Counted from the first letter of the stretch, positions 1 to 11,963 are shown. The stretch: 46,692 bases of DNA from Batkoa obscura (GCA_030770535.1 JASVEC010000121.1:1-46692); one strand, 5' to 3'. The notes: generated by a model not told the origin, from the letters alone. Numbers and translations: made by a program.

Positions 1-693
1 GCTCACATTGTAAAGAAGCCCCAGTTCAGGCATGTAGCCACTTATTTCGACAAGTCAACGGAAACTAAGGCTTATTTAGCTGTTGATAAAATCAAAAAAG
101 CAATCACTTTGGGCTTTCGTGGAAGTTCAACATTAAAGAATTTTGTCCAAGACGCCAAATATTTTAAGGATCCAATTGTATTCGATAAAAAACAATACAA
201 AGTGCATCGCGGATTTAAACAATGTAGCGATCGATTATTACCAATGTATATTGACAAGTTAAAAGGTTTATTGAATGAACATAAAGATTATAAATTAGTT
301 ATTGTTGGTCATAGTCTAGGTGGTGCAATAGCTACATTAAGTACTTTAATCTTAAGACAAAATCTAAACTTGAAAGACGATAGGCTTGCAGTTTTTACTT
401 TTGGTGAACCAAGAGTGGGTGATAAGGAATTTGCACGTTATTTGAATCAACAAACTTTTACTTTAACTCGAGTTGTTAATGGTAATGACATGGTTCCTCA
501 TTTACCTCCACAAATTAAATTGTTGTCCGATTATTATCACCATCACAATGAGATCTGGGTAAACGGTAGTAAAGATGTCTATTGTAATGATAACTATCTA
601 GAAGATCCTAACTGTTCTGCTTCAAAATGGTATGCCCCTTCAGTGAATGATCACTTGAAAATTTGGGGTATCACATTAGGTGGTAAATGTTAA
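1..693 (+). CDS. Class-3 triacylglycerol lipase paralog, 5'-truncated by the window edge
   Basis: Contains FRGSST, VHRGF, GHSLGG (nucleophile Ser), TFGEPRVG, DMVPHLP (Asp) and VNDHL (His). Homology to the paralogs (CSHCKE..) continues to base 1, with a 1-nt insertion near 30. Confidence 0.9.
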   Translation, partial: AHIVKKPQFRHVATYFDKSTETKAYLAVDKIKKAITLGFRGSSTLKNFVQDAKYFKDPIVFDKKQYKVHRGFKQCSDRLLPMYIDKLKGLLNEHKDYKLVIVGHSLGGAIATLSTLILRQNLNLKDDRLAVFTFGEPRVGDKEFARYLNQQTFTLTRVVNGNDMVPHLPPQIKLLSDYYHHHNEIWVNGSKDVYCNDNYLEDPNCSASKWYAPSVNDHLKIWGITLGGKC

Positions 694-791
694 TTATATA
701 ATAAATAATAATAAGTTATAATAACAAAGATTGATAAATTTTAGCTTTTTATTTAATTTATTTCCATTTAAAGCAGATAATTAAGTTATAT

Positions 792-888
792 GGTGATGTA
801 TTTTTTGTTCAAGATTTTTACTAATAATCTTTCCACTCAAATAGTGCTTGAAAAGTCGAAAAAATGGTGAAATCAAAAAAATATCCCC
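792..888 (+). mobile_element. ~98-bp MITE copy
   Basis: GGTGATGTATTTTTT...AAAAAAATATCCCC, flanked by an ATAT/ATAT 4-bp duplication. Confidence 0.85.
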
Positions 889-1536
889 ATATAATATCAC
901 CCAAAAGTGAGTACATTGAAACATTTAATAATTACAAAAAAACTACAATTTTATTCATTTATTAAAACAAAAATTATTTCAAGAAAACAAGACAAATCGG
1001 CTGAAAATAAAGTAAATTAAAAGCATATTTGAAGCTGGTTATTATATATACCTAGTTTTATCAATAGAATATTTTATGGATTTTTAGTATTTTAGTATTT
1101 TTAAGATTCAAGAACATTTTCAACTTAGTTTTGGTTTAAAATGACCTTTTAAAAAATCACCATAATTTTACAGATGAAATGTAATAGGCTTATAAAATCA
1201 GTATCTTTAAAGAGAGCTTCTTTATATTATTGATAATAAAATTATTTTCAATGATATTAGATACAAGTTTTTAATATCAAATATTAAAACTAAAAAATTT
1301 AGCTAACAATCTTATTAAATCTTAAACTGCTAAAATGTGAACAAAATACTATAATAAATAAACGATCCTATTTATTTTATGACATTTTATTTAAATACTA
1401 TTAGTTTAGTTAAAATAAATTCTTTCATATTATTAATAGCTTTATGTCTAACTAATGATCTTGCTTTAATTTAACTTAAAGCTTAAGAGTGTTTAATGCT
1501 AGTGCCATTATACCTTTAATTAATATAAATAGTATA

Positions 1537-1626
1537 GAGGCGTTTTTTAGCTTCATTACTCTTTCCATCTTAAACACTATTTGAGTAGAAAAATTGTAAT
1601 TCTTAAACACAAAAATACATCCCCCC
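1537..1626 (-). mobile_element. ~98-bp MITE copy (degenerate)
   Basis: Core CTATTTGAGTAGAAAAATTG...AATTCTTAAACACAAAAATACATCCCC matches the family. Confidence 0.75.
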
Positions 1627-2168
1627 ATATGCTGTATTAAAGTTTTGAATAGATGTAGAAAATAAAATCTGAATAGATAAAAAAAATCAAAATGAACCAA
1701 TCCATTTCTTCTTAGCAAAAGCTGGACAACAATTGAAGTATATATTTTTGATTTGGTTTAAATATATCAAGACATGATGGTGCCAGGTTTTTCTAATAAA
1801 AAAGGATACTTGTTTCCTTAGTATTATGATATTGTACACTGCTTTTAAACTAGTGAAATTGTTTAATTATATTAAATGGTAGCATTTATATGATACGATA
1901 GTAGAGTATGTTATAGTAAAAATAAAACTGTAGCATATAATTTAATTAAAATATGGTGGATGTAGAATTTTATTAGATCTATATATGATAACAATCTGAA
2001 TTATTCGCAAAGCGTGTTTCTACTATATAGTCAGATTACTTACATATAAAATTTTAGTATAATTGTAAGAAATATGTAATTATTAGAAAGTATGAAATCC
2101 TATAAATTGTATTATCATATTCATTAAACGCCATTATTAAATCTAGCAGCCTATAATATATAATATAA

Positions 2169-3229
2169 ATGCTTTAAGCTACAACAACCTAATCTTTATT
2201 GCTTTACCTTATAATATAGCATTAATTCATAGTCAAACAAATGGAAATAATCGCAACACTTCTACACCACTGTCATTATCAATGTCAACATTCTATCGTC
2301 AAGTAAGTATAAATCTAGCTTAAACTCAAATACCAATATGAAATCGGCTGAAGATGCTTACTTTGAAGACTTGATGGAAAATCCAAACTGTTAAAAAACA
2401 TACCGAATTAGAACCTTTAGAACAAAACAGATCACAGATGTTTGAAATATAAACCAAATTAAAGATGAGTGATGTTCAAGTTAGTAAATATTATGCTAGA
2501 TTGGCTGGTGCTGCTTATTGTAATGATCGAAATTCAAGAAACTGGCCCTACTATCGTTGTAATGAAACCCCAATTCAGCATCAAGGAACTCCATTTAACA
2601 AAGAACAGGAACCAAAGCTTCTTTAGCATTGATAAAAACAAAAAAGCAATCACTTTAGGCCTCCATAGAAGTTCAACGTCAAAGAATTTTATCCAAGATG
2701 CTAAATATTAAAGGATCTAGCTGTACTAATAACTAGTGGTATAAAGTTGATTGCAGGTTTAGGCAGTTGGTGATTATTGCCAATGTATATTGACAAGTTA
2801 AAAGGTTTATTGAATGAACACAAAGATTATAAATTAGTTATTGTTGGTCATAGTCTAGGTGGTGCAATAGCTACATTAAGTACTTTAATCTTAAGACAAA
2901 ATCTAAACTTGAAAGACGATAGGCTTGCAGTTTTTACTTTTGGTGAACCAAGAGTGGGTGATAAGGAATTTGCACGTTATTTGAATCAACAAACTTTTAC
3001 TTTAACTCGAGTTGTTAATGGTAATGACATGGTTCCTCATTTATCTCCACAGATTAAATTGTTATGCAATTGTTATAATTAAAGTGGGGATATATAGGTA
3101 AATGACAAGAAGGATGTATATTTTAGAAATAGCAATTTAGAAGACACTGATCGCTCTGTATCAAAATCGTATATTCCTTTGTTGAATGATCATTTATGTA
3201 TTTAAGATATTAGATTGGGTAGTATATAA
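2169..3229 (+). pseudogene. Class-3 lipase pseudogene
   Basis: ATGCTTTAAGCTACAAC is a frameshifted MLLSYNN start. Remnants of YFEDLMEN, YYARLAGAAYC and GHSLGG are present with several frameshifts and stops. Confidence 0.88.
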
Positions 3230-3312
3230 GGAATGCTTTTTTGATTTCGTTACTTTCTCCATTTTTTAAGCGCTATTTGAGTAGAAAAATTGTTAGTGAA
3301 ATTCTTAAAAAA
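3229..3312 (-). mobile_element. MITE copy, one end truncated
   Basis: TTAAGCGCTATTTGAGTAGAAAAATTGTTAGTGAAATTCTTAA core; no ACATCCCC end. Confidence 0.7.
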
Positions 3313-3518
3313 AGGTGTCAATATTTTTTATTTATAATTTTTTTACAATGCCCATAAACATTATAAAATCTATCATCTAAAAAAATAGAACATATATAAT
3401 ATAAGTATATTATTTGTTATTCTTAAGCCACTATCATTTGATGCCTTAATTCTAATAGGAGCAGTTTGTAATGATAAAAAGCAAAATCTCAATACCAAGC
3501 TATAATATAAATATATCT

Positions 3519-4875
3519 TTAATTTGTAAAATCCCATTTAGTACAATCGGTACAATTAGATTTTGAGAAGCAATTAACATTTAAGGGTTTGGTATTATTC
3601 ATCCACTGAACTAAAATATTATCAATAACACCAGCAATAGTATGATGAAGTAACGTTTCAGACCATCCCAAATCCTTTTTGGTATCAAATACACATTTAG
3701 TAGCTGTGTGACATTTGCTATCCATCCCATAACCAGCAATATAGCAAAGAGATAATGCACCATTGCTAAAATAGTAAGTAAAAAGCACATTTTATGTTAA
3801 AACTCAAATATTGACTTACCAAGTACCCAAAAATAGAGGATCTGCATTATTACCAAAATGAAAGATAGCTGGTTTTTGAGTTTTGTTCAACTCTAGACCA
3901 AGTCTTCTAGCATAAAGACGATCTGGTGGTGCCTCAAAAGTAACTGCAATCTGGTCATATTTTAATGCTACTAATGAAGCCAATGCTCCACCCAAAGAAT
4001 GACCCACCAAAATAAATTGGGCATTGGGGTATTTTTCTCTGGCTTCTTTATAAATTAACTATTGTAAAGATAACTGTTAACATTAACCCTCTTTAAGAAA
4101 CTTGAAACAACATTACCTCTGCACCATGGAAATATGTAGTATTTCTCTGAGCACTTTTATTTACACATTCGGTATTACACGTTTTATTATCTTTTGCACA
4201 AGAGCAAACTTTAGAAAAATCAAAATTAGTGACTCCACAACAACAAGAAAACATTAGGTTATCTGAGTCTCTATCTGATGGACTAGTAGAACTATCACCA
4301 CCTGGTAGATAAGGTGGTGAAGTACCTTTAAATGATATAACCATGTTTTTTTCTTCTCTGTCTGAAAATATATATCCTCTTATCTTTTTCTTTTTCCACC
4401 CGAATGGTTGTTTCTTATTCATTTAATCAAATAAAATTCACAAAAATAAAAACAAACTTACTACATCCCACTCCTTCCCAATATCTTCCCAAGGCTTGTC
4501 AGGCAAAGTATCATAAGCATGAGCTGCCATTTTAGCTAAGGTCAAAATACCTTCTTTTGATTCTAAGGTAATTTCATCGTCGTTGTTAATAAATATCTCA
4601 TCCTTATCTTTATTAGCAATAAGTACTTTACTAAGGCTCTCTAAATTAAGTTTATAAGTTGGCGTGTAATCTTTATTCTTATCAGCATCCCATTGTTGGA
4701 TAGCTGAGTTCTTTTTATTGTTGACTTTAATTTGTGGCTCTGGGGACCCAAAATGAAAGATGTGTTTTAGGTTTAATTCATCCGTTTGGCCCTTAATCTG
4801 GAATCCAGTTTGCCGCTGTTGTTGACAGTTGGTGGAGGTGAGGAATAATAAATAGTGAAATAGTGAAAAATACAT
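3519..4875 (-). CDS. ATG15: Atg15-like autophagy/vacuolar lipase, 4 exons (4875-4462, 4413-4117, 4058-3820, 3765-3519; 398 aa)
   Basis: GT-AG introns join the ORF pieces in frame. Atg15 family motifs: AKMAAHAY, PFGW, FKGTS, DNLMFSCCC, GHSLGG, VTFEAP, HFGNNADP.F.G.C.G..S.C...GY.M.S.CH. N-terminus is hydrophobic. Confidence 0.9.
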
Positions 4876-5243
4876 TACAAGTCAAGCTTGGTTTAAAAAT
4901 ACAAAAAAAATCTAAAGTTAAAAAATTAATCTGACTAAAATTAAATTTAATCTCATTTTTTATCTAATCTAATAGTGACTGTTAAAAATCCTATAAATTT
5001 TGCGATTTTGTATAAATTTTGATAAAATTAGTAAAATTTTATCTCCAACAATTTATATCTCATTATGAAATAATCTCCACTCTTATTCACCCTAAAATCG
5101 TCTTATAAAACCCCACCAATAATAGTCAATACAACTGCCAATGCTTTAGTAAAATAAAGCATTCAATTTATCCAGATCAGTTGACCGTGAGAACAAAGAA
5201 GAAATGAAACTTTAAGGGGAGTTTAAAAATATTTGAAAATATA

Positions 5244-5269
5244 CCAATAAAATAGCGCGGCGCTCCAAT
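5244..5269. promoter_or_regulatory. GC-rich palindrome AGCGC-G-GCGCT between two CCAAT boxes in the divergent ATG15/LYS9 intergenic region
   Basis: CCAAT at 5244-5248, AGCGCGGCGCT at 5254-5264, CCAAT at 5265-5269, all in otherwise AT-rich DNA. A regulatory role is inferred. Confidence 0.3.
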
Positions 5270-5852
5270 TTGGTTGGTTAAAAAGACTACTTTCTAATTA
5301 TTTTCTCTAAACTTAAAGCTGAATTTGAGTTGAGTGATGTCACTGAATAAATGCAGCTGATCAAAGCTGTCAAAGTTGATGAAGAGTAGATATAGAATAT
5401 TATTAAAGATAGAAAATTAAAGCGGATATATGATGGAAAGATAATATAAGGATTTACCTACACTAAAAAATATTTTAAGGGCTATCTTTTATTTTAAGTA
5501 TTTGTTAAAATTACAGTTGCTATTAGCTAATAGAAATAAAGTTGTAAAACATGGCTCATGTAACCCAAGTGATAATTTTTTTATTTAACAAATATTAATC
5601 ATATGACTTCCATCCATTACATTTATTATGTGTTTCAGGGCTAAGTTTCGAGAAAATGATAGTCACATTGTATAAGTAACCAATAACATTTTTCATTTTA
5701 AGAAAGTTTAAGTTTTATATTAAAAAAAGGTGTAAGGGTAATTAGCAAAAGTTTATAATGTAAACGACAGAAAAAAGTATAAATAAGAAAAAAAAAGTAA
5801 TGAAATTGACTTTATTTTACTTTGTTTCTTCTAAAATCATTTTTGTATGAAT

Positions 5853-7642
5853 ATGCTTTCCAACTTTTTAAATGGTAATTCGGAGGTTAAAAAGTAAGTT
5901 TATTTTGTACTCATCAAATTATTACAAAGTTTATTTTTACACTATTAGAATTCTACTTCTTGGTTCGGGCTTTGTTGTACCACCATGTTTGGAATATTTA
6001 GCAAAAAATAAAAACAACCAAATAACTATGGGTAAGCTAATTTTACTTACTATTCGAATCCTAAACCAATTTTCTATTAGCCTCTTTGGACCTTGAACGT
6101 GCTTATGAGTTAGCAGCAAAAAGACCAAATATTAAAGTAACTTCTGTTGATGTTACGGATGACTCTAGTTTAGATGACTTGATTTCTAAACACGATATAG
6201 TCATTAGGTAATATTATTTTACAAAGATACTAAAGTATTACTTATTAATTTAATAACTCCAGTTTAATCCCTTATATTTTTCATTGCAACGTCATCAAAT
6301 CAGCGATAAAATTCCAAAAGGATGTGGTAACTACATCTTACATCTCAGATGAGATGGCTAAGTTTGATGAAAGGTAAACTTAATTCATGATTCATTAACT
6401 CCTATTAACAATGGACTTCAGTGCTAAAAAAGCCAATGTTATGATTATGAATGAGATTGGACTTGATCCAGGAGTTGATCATTTATATGCTTTAAAAACA
6501 ATTAATGAAGTACACGAAGAAGGGGGCAAAATCTTATCCTTTTTAAGTTATTGTGGTGGTTTACCTGCACCTGAAGCTTCCGATAATCCTTTAGGTTATA
6601 AATTTTCATGGTCAAGTAGAGGTGTTCTATTGGCTTTAAGAAATTCAGCTAAATTCCTTAAAGATGGCGAGGTAAAATTAAAATCTAATTCAAAAATTAA
6701 AATACTTAGCTTATTGTCAGGTAGTTGAAGTTAAAGGCAGCGAGTTGATGCATTCTGCTAAAAAAATCGATATTTTACCAGCTTTAGCAGTAGTTGGTTA
6801 TGCCAATAGAGATTCTTCTGGATATCGCGAAAGATACAATATCCCAGAAGCTAAAAATGTTTTAAGAGGCACTTTAAGGTATGAAGGTTTTTGTGAATTT
6901 ATCCAAGCTTTGGTGGATCTCGGATTTTTAAATGATGAACCACAATCTTACCTTACAGATGAATCTCCAGGTCTTAAATGGAAAGAAGTGCTGTTTAAGG
7001 TGCTTGGTATTGAAGAGGACAATGAAGAGTACGGCTTTATTATATTTTTTTAAAACAACTTCTAATAAATTTATAGGATAGTAAAAATGGCCATTTTTAA
7101 TAAAATTGAATGGGCTACCAAAGAAATCAAAGAAAAGATATTTAGTGGAATAAGATGGTAACCAATAGACAGTAATTTTATAAAATCACTAATACCCAAT
7201 TTTAGGCTAGGTCTCTATTCCGATGCACCATGTACTAAACGGGGAGGTAATTTATTGGATAGTTTGTGCGCTACTTTAGAAGAAAAGATGGCTTACGAAG
7301 ACGGAGAAAAGGATATGGTTCTTTTGCAACATACTTTTGAAGTAGAGACAAAAGATAACCTAAAACAAACACGCACTTCCACTCTTATTGAATATGGTGA
7401 GCAAAATGGTTTCACTGCTATGGCTAAACATGTTGGTATCCCTTGTGCGGTTGCTTGTCAGTTGATTTTGGATGGTGAGTTTTTAATGATTTTTTATATC
7501 TTATTCAATTATTAATGTTTTCATAGGAAAAATGAGAGTACCTGGTGTACATGCTCCTATCATTAAGGATATTTATTTACCTTTATTAAAGGAATTGGAA
7601 GCTGAAGGTATCGTTTGTAAAGAAAAAATTATTGAACACTAA
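5853..7642 (+). CDS. LYS9: Saccharopine dehydrogenase (NADP+, L-glutamate-forming; saccharopine reductase), ~9 exons
   Basis: Spliced N-terminus MLSNFLNGNSEVK|KILLLGSGFV (start 5853 or 5847). Motifs VVTTSY, NEIGLDPGVDH, SYCGGLP, NPLGYKFSWSSRG, YANRDS, RGTLRY, DMVLLQH, AMAKHVG. Eight short GT-AG introns; TAA at 7640-7642. Confidence 0.95.
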
Positions 7643-8059
7643 GTCTATCTTTTTAAATGTATTAAATTTAATTTTCCAAATTATAACTTTCCAAAAAAAT
7701 GATGTGTGTTAGACTTTTTATCCTTCTGTTTGTCTTATTTTAAAAAGTTTATTAATTTGTGAAAGGAGCATAGATATTTTTTAAGAGACTCTAAGTGTAT
7801 GAAGCTTTCTAAAAAATAAACAAAATAGAATAAGCTACTATAAATTAAAATAGAACATAATCGAACTTGAACTACAATTGAAAATTATTTAATATTAAAA
7901 AATTAGTATTTGATAAAATTAAAAATGATAAGTTTTTTCTAGTACTTTAATTTAATAATTTAAATATGTATCCAACCTCATCAAATATTATTAACTATGA
8001 TATTCGATTCAAATAAAGAGCTAAAAACTCAAAACTTTATTAGATATAGTTGATTGAAA

Positions 8060-9133
8060 TTAACATATGCCACCCAATTTAATACCCCAAATATTCAAAT
8101 GATCTTCTACTGAAGGAGTATACCATTTCGAGGCGGAACAATTGGGATCTTCTAGATAGTCATTATTACAATAAATATCTTTGTTTCCATTTATCCAGAT
8201 CTCGTGATGATGATGATAATAATTGGATACGAATTTAAGCTGTGGAGGTAAATGAGGTACTATATCATCGCTATTAACAGCTCTAGTTAAAGTGAAAGTT
8301 TGCTGATTTAAATAGTGTGCGAATTCTTCATCTCCAATCCTTGGCTGGCCATAAGTGAAAACTTCTAATCTCTCATCCTTTAAACCAAGCCTTTGTCTTA
8401 ACATTAAAGCACTTAACACACTTATTGCACCGCCCAAGCTATGACCAACAACAACTAATTTGTAATGTTTATGTTTGTTCAATGACTCTTTTAATCTGTC
8501 AATATATAATGGTAATAAGCTATCAGTACATTGTTTGAACCCACGATGGACTTTATATTCTTTATTATTCAGTGCAATAGAATCTTTAAAAACTTTGGCA
8601 TCTTGAATGAAATTCCTTAACGTTGAGCTTCCACGGAAAGATAATACCACTACTTCCTTATTTTTATCAACTGCCAGATAAGCTTTTGATTCGGTAGTTT
8701 TGTCATTATAAGTAGCTACATGTTGAATTGGTATTTCTTTACAATGCGAGCATGACCAGGCCTCTAAATTTGTGTCATTACAGTAAGCTGCCCCAGCCAA
8801 TCTAGCATAATATTTACTAGCTTGTATGTCACTCACTTTCAACTGAGTTGGGATCTCAGACGCTCGCAAAGTATCCTCTTCCTGTGGTTCCAATTTCACA
8901 TTTTCTTTTAAATAGTTCAAGTTTTCCATCAAGTCCTTAAAGTAGTCATCTTCAACTAAACTTCTGTTAATATTAATACTTGGGTCAACTTTATTATTAT
9001 TTAAAGATAACACGTTAGAACTGGTAATATTAGTAGTAGCACTGTTGCGATCACTTTGAACTGTTTGGCATTGGGTTAATAATACTCCATAAAATAAAAC
9101 AATAATCATTGAATTATTATAACTTAAGAGCAT
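8060..9133 (-). CDS. Secreted class-3 lipase precursor (357 aa, intronless)
   Basis: Signal-like N-terminus and propeptide, then FRGSST, GHSLGG, DIVPHLP and EDHL catalytic motifs. Confidence 0.95.
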   Translation of the reverse strand: MLLSYNNSMIIVLFYGVLLTQCQTVQSDRNSATTNITSSNVLSLNNNKVDPSININRSLVEDDYFKDLMENLNYLKENVKLEPQEEDTLRASEIPTQLKVSDIQASKYYARLAGAAYCNDTNLEAWSCSHCKEIPIQHVATYNDKTTESKAYLAVDKNKEVVVLSFRGSSTLRNFIQDAKVFKDSIALNNKEYKVHRGFKQCTDSLLPLYIDRLKESLNKHKHYKLVVVGHSLGGAISVLSALMLRQRLGLKDERLEVFTYGQPRIGDEEFAHYLNQQTFTLTRAVNSDDIVPHLPPQLKFVSNYYHHHHEIWINGNKDIYCNNDYLEDPNCSASKWYTPSVEDHLNIWGIKLGGIC

Positions 9134-9908
9134 CTTTATAATATATTATAGATAATTAATTCAATGTAAAATTTTATAAATATAACGTTATAAGTTTTAA
9201 GGTTTTATATTTTTCCAATTTGCGTATGTTTGTAATCGCCATATTATAATCATATTACATGATCAGTTTACCTAATAGGAATATGTTTAATGAATAGTTT
9301 AGATTGTAAAGTATACTGTAAATTCGTCAAGTATAGTTTAATTCAAATGTTCTTTAGATTAATTGATTTACCTTCTGTAGTTTAATTATTTATTAATGTA
9401 TCCAACTTCCCTGTCATTTAAATGTTTTTACTCAATCAAACTAATTAAGTACTGGTCTAAATCCAAAGGAAAAGAGAATATTATATCATAGAGGAAATAT
9501 GAATTCTTTGTTTTATTAGAAAATATCTGACTCAATAAGCTTATTATCTTTTAAATTAGCTTAACAACACGGAATTTAATTACTATCCGACTTTTACTTG
9601 GGAGAAATTCTGTTATTTTATCTTTTTATCATGTTTATTCTTAAATCTTTTATTATACTTCTAAATTATTACGAGTACTGAAAAAATTATTAATTTCTTT
9701 TATGCAAACCTTGTCTTTGAATTAACGATTTATGTTGTTTAAATTGATAATTTACACTTGAGTAAAATAAACTGATTATAAGATATCATTGCATATATAT
9801 CGAATACATATTTTTTTAACAAAATAAAATGTTAATGTCATATTTTGTATATTGATTGGTAAAAACTTTTTAAGATGACTATATTATTTATAAACAAAAC
9901 TACTAAAT

Positions 9909-10006
9909 GGAGGTGTTTTTTTTGGTTTCCTCACTTTTCCGTTTTTAAAGCGCTATTTAAGTGAAAAATTTGCTAATAAAATTCTTAAGAAAAAAAATAC
10001 TTCCCC
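9909..10006 (-). mobile_element. ~98-bp MITE copy
   Basis: GGAGGTGTTTTT...AAAAATACTTCCCC, TSD AAAT/AAAT. Confidence 0.88.
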
Positions 10007-10343
10007 AAATATTTGTTTAAAATCATAAAATTCAAATTTAAATCTACTATTCGTAATGAATAAAAAAAATTTTGGCTTTATCACTTTTCTTATTAAGTAT
10101 TATAAAATCTAATGCTCAAGACTTGTTTAGTTTATATTGTAAAAAGCTGAAAATTAAAATTTTTATAATAACTTGGTGAAAAAATGCATAAAATATAAAA
10201 AAGCTATGAATAAAGTACAAAGTTATACTAGTAACAATAATAAAAAAATATAAATAAAAAATATTTACAATAAAAAGTTGAAGATGTAGCTAAAGTTCAG
10301 GATTCAATTTTTATATAATATTATATTTTCAATAAAAACATGT

Positions 10344-10442
10344 GGGGATGTATTTCTGTATTTAAGAATTTTACTAACAAATTTTTCACTTAAATAGCGC
10401 TTAAAAAATGGAAAAAATAATGAAGTCAAAAAAAAGACTCCC
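10344..10442 (+). mobile_element. ~98-bp MITE copy
   Basis: GGGGATGTATTT...AAAAAAGACTCCC, TSD ATGT/ATGT. Confidence 0.9.
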
Positions 10443-10539
10443 ATGTGTTTATATAGTCTTATAATCCTGGGTGAAACTGATAATTATATGCTCCAAGTTG
10501 TATAATTAAAACAGACTTTGATCTATAAACACAATATAT

Positions 10540-10638
10540 GGGGCTGTTTTTTTTGGTTTCATAACTTTTTCCATTTTTCAGGCGCTATTTGAGCAGAAAG
10601 ATTATTAGTAAAACTATTAAGCAAAAAAATACATCCCC
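10540..10638 (-). mobile_element. ~98-bp MITE copy
   Basis: GGGGCTGTTTTT...AAAAATACATCCCC, TSD ATAT/ATAT. The first 8 nt equal the autonomous left TIR. Confidence 0.9.
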
Positions 10639-11099
10639 ATATGCTTATTATATAGGCTATAAAAAACAAACAAAAAAACAAAAAAACAAAAACAGGCCCA
10701 ATAAGAATGATATAATTAAAAAGTAAATTAAATAAGATACATAGTTTTTAATACAAAAGCAAAGCATAATAAATACTTGGATAATTAAAATATAATTTAT
10801 AAAACTACTTTTTACAATTTGTATTATTTTACTAAACTATACAAAACTATTAAAAGTTTAAACTAACTTTAAAACTTTTTTATCTAAACTGATTTATATA
10901 GGTGACATTATTTTATAGTTAATTTTAAATAAATCTATATTATTTTTTGTTCTTACTTTTGATGCTTTTTTGGTTTTTTCAAAAACAATTATTAAAACTT
11001 TACTTATTTTTTATATTTTATTATTAATAGGCTTAATAATCTTTGATATTTATAATAAAAATAAACTATAATAATATTACTATTTTTTTGAATTTAATA

Positions 11100-11675
11100 G
11101 AAATTCCCGGATCAGTAAGGCCTTTAATAATATAGCCTATATGTCGATATTAACTGAAGTTGTAGTATGTAAATAAATGTATATTCCTATAAAAGCTTAT
11201 TGAAAAATATTTATAAACAACTGTCTTATAGCCAACATTGTAAATTCGCTATTAAATAAACAAATAAATAATTTCAACATTATATTATAATATTGATATA
11301 TTACTAAGTTAATAAATAGCTGTATAGAAGGGAATGGTTAACCTCAAGACTATAACTAATCATCCTTATATAGTACAAGCAATATAATAGTTCTTACCTA
11401 TTATAATTATAATTGTTTACTTTTTAGCTATTTATTAACTTAATTATTAATAATTTAAGTAATTTTAATACTTAAGGATTGATCTTTATTATTTAGCAAA
11501 CTACTTGCTTAATAAATATTGAAACTTTTAAATTTTCTATCATTTTTACAAAATAAGCTCGAATTAATTTTTAATTTTTTATAGATTTTATAACTTTAAT
11601 TAAAATTATATCAGGTTTTTTAATCTATAAGATACTGAATAATACAGTTTATTATTAAGTTTAATAAAATATAAT
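11100..11675 (-). mobile_element. Diverged fragment of the Sola-like element (transposase C-terminus plus 3' noncoding region)
   Basis: The reverse complement aligns by eye with ~21765-22340, e.g. AAGTTAATAAATAG, TATAGTACAAG, TATAGCCAACAT, TATAACTTTAATT, AGATACTG. Confidence 0.85.
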
Positions 11676-11704
11676 TCGTTTTTATTGTTTTATATTTTCA
11701 ATGC

Positions 11705-11792
11705 TTTTCGGCTCTATGATTGATTATAATATAGCAACTTAAGTGATTGTTATGTTATAATCAACCATAGAGCCGAAAAACAATATTTCACA
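11705..11792. repeat. Near-perfect palindrome (~33-bp arms) derived from the terminus of the 464-bp LTR-like repeat
   Basis: TTTTCGGCTCTATGATTGATTATAATATAGCAA-CTTAAGTGA-TTGTTATGTTATAATCAACCATAGAGCCGAAAA (11705-11779). The right arm continues to ATATTTCACA (11792), as at 16866. Confidence 0.85.
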
Positions 11793-11921
11793 AAATTCCA
11801 TAAACTCTGGATTACTATAAATAGCTATTAAAATCAATGTAAATGAATTACAGTGTTTATACAATATGCTTCTCCCTATTACATTAAAATTTTCAAAAAA
11901 TTTATCTAAAGTTTAACTATA

Positions 11922-11963
11922 TATAGTTATAGTTATAGTTATAGTTATAGTTATAGTTATAGT
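11922..11963. repeat. Microsatellite (TATAGT)7
   Basis: Seven direct tandem units read from the sequence. Confidence 0.95.

Larger units (their letters stand above)
10007..10930 (+). repeat. Old AT-rich repeat, inverted homolog of ~14990-15720 (probably a decayed transposon), interrupted by two MITEs
   Basis: ATAAAGTACAAAGTTATAC and AAAACTATTAAAAGTTTAAACTAACTTTAA...TTATCTAAACTGATTT match the reverse complements at ~15480 and ~15030-15075. Boundaries are approximate. Confidence 0.65.

Noticed and set aside
5281..5400. AAGACTACTTTC, weakly like the 5' end of U3 snoRNA
   Set aside because: Box A and the downstream B/C/D boxes are not convincingly present.
5872..6096. ORF-track start for LYS9 at ATG 5872
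   Set aside because: It is out of phase with the 5894-5948 intron; ATG 5847 or 5853 gives the correct spliced frame.
9909..10442. Inverted MITE pairs (9909/10344 and 15238/15761) as the long TIRs of a single composite element
   Set aside because: Each unit has its own TSD (AAAT vs ATGT) and homology of the intervening DNA continues past them, which favours independent insertions.
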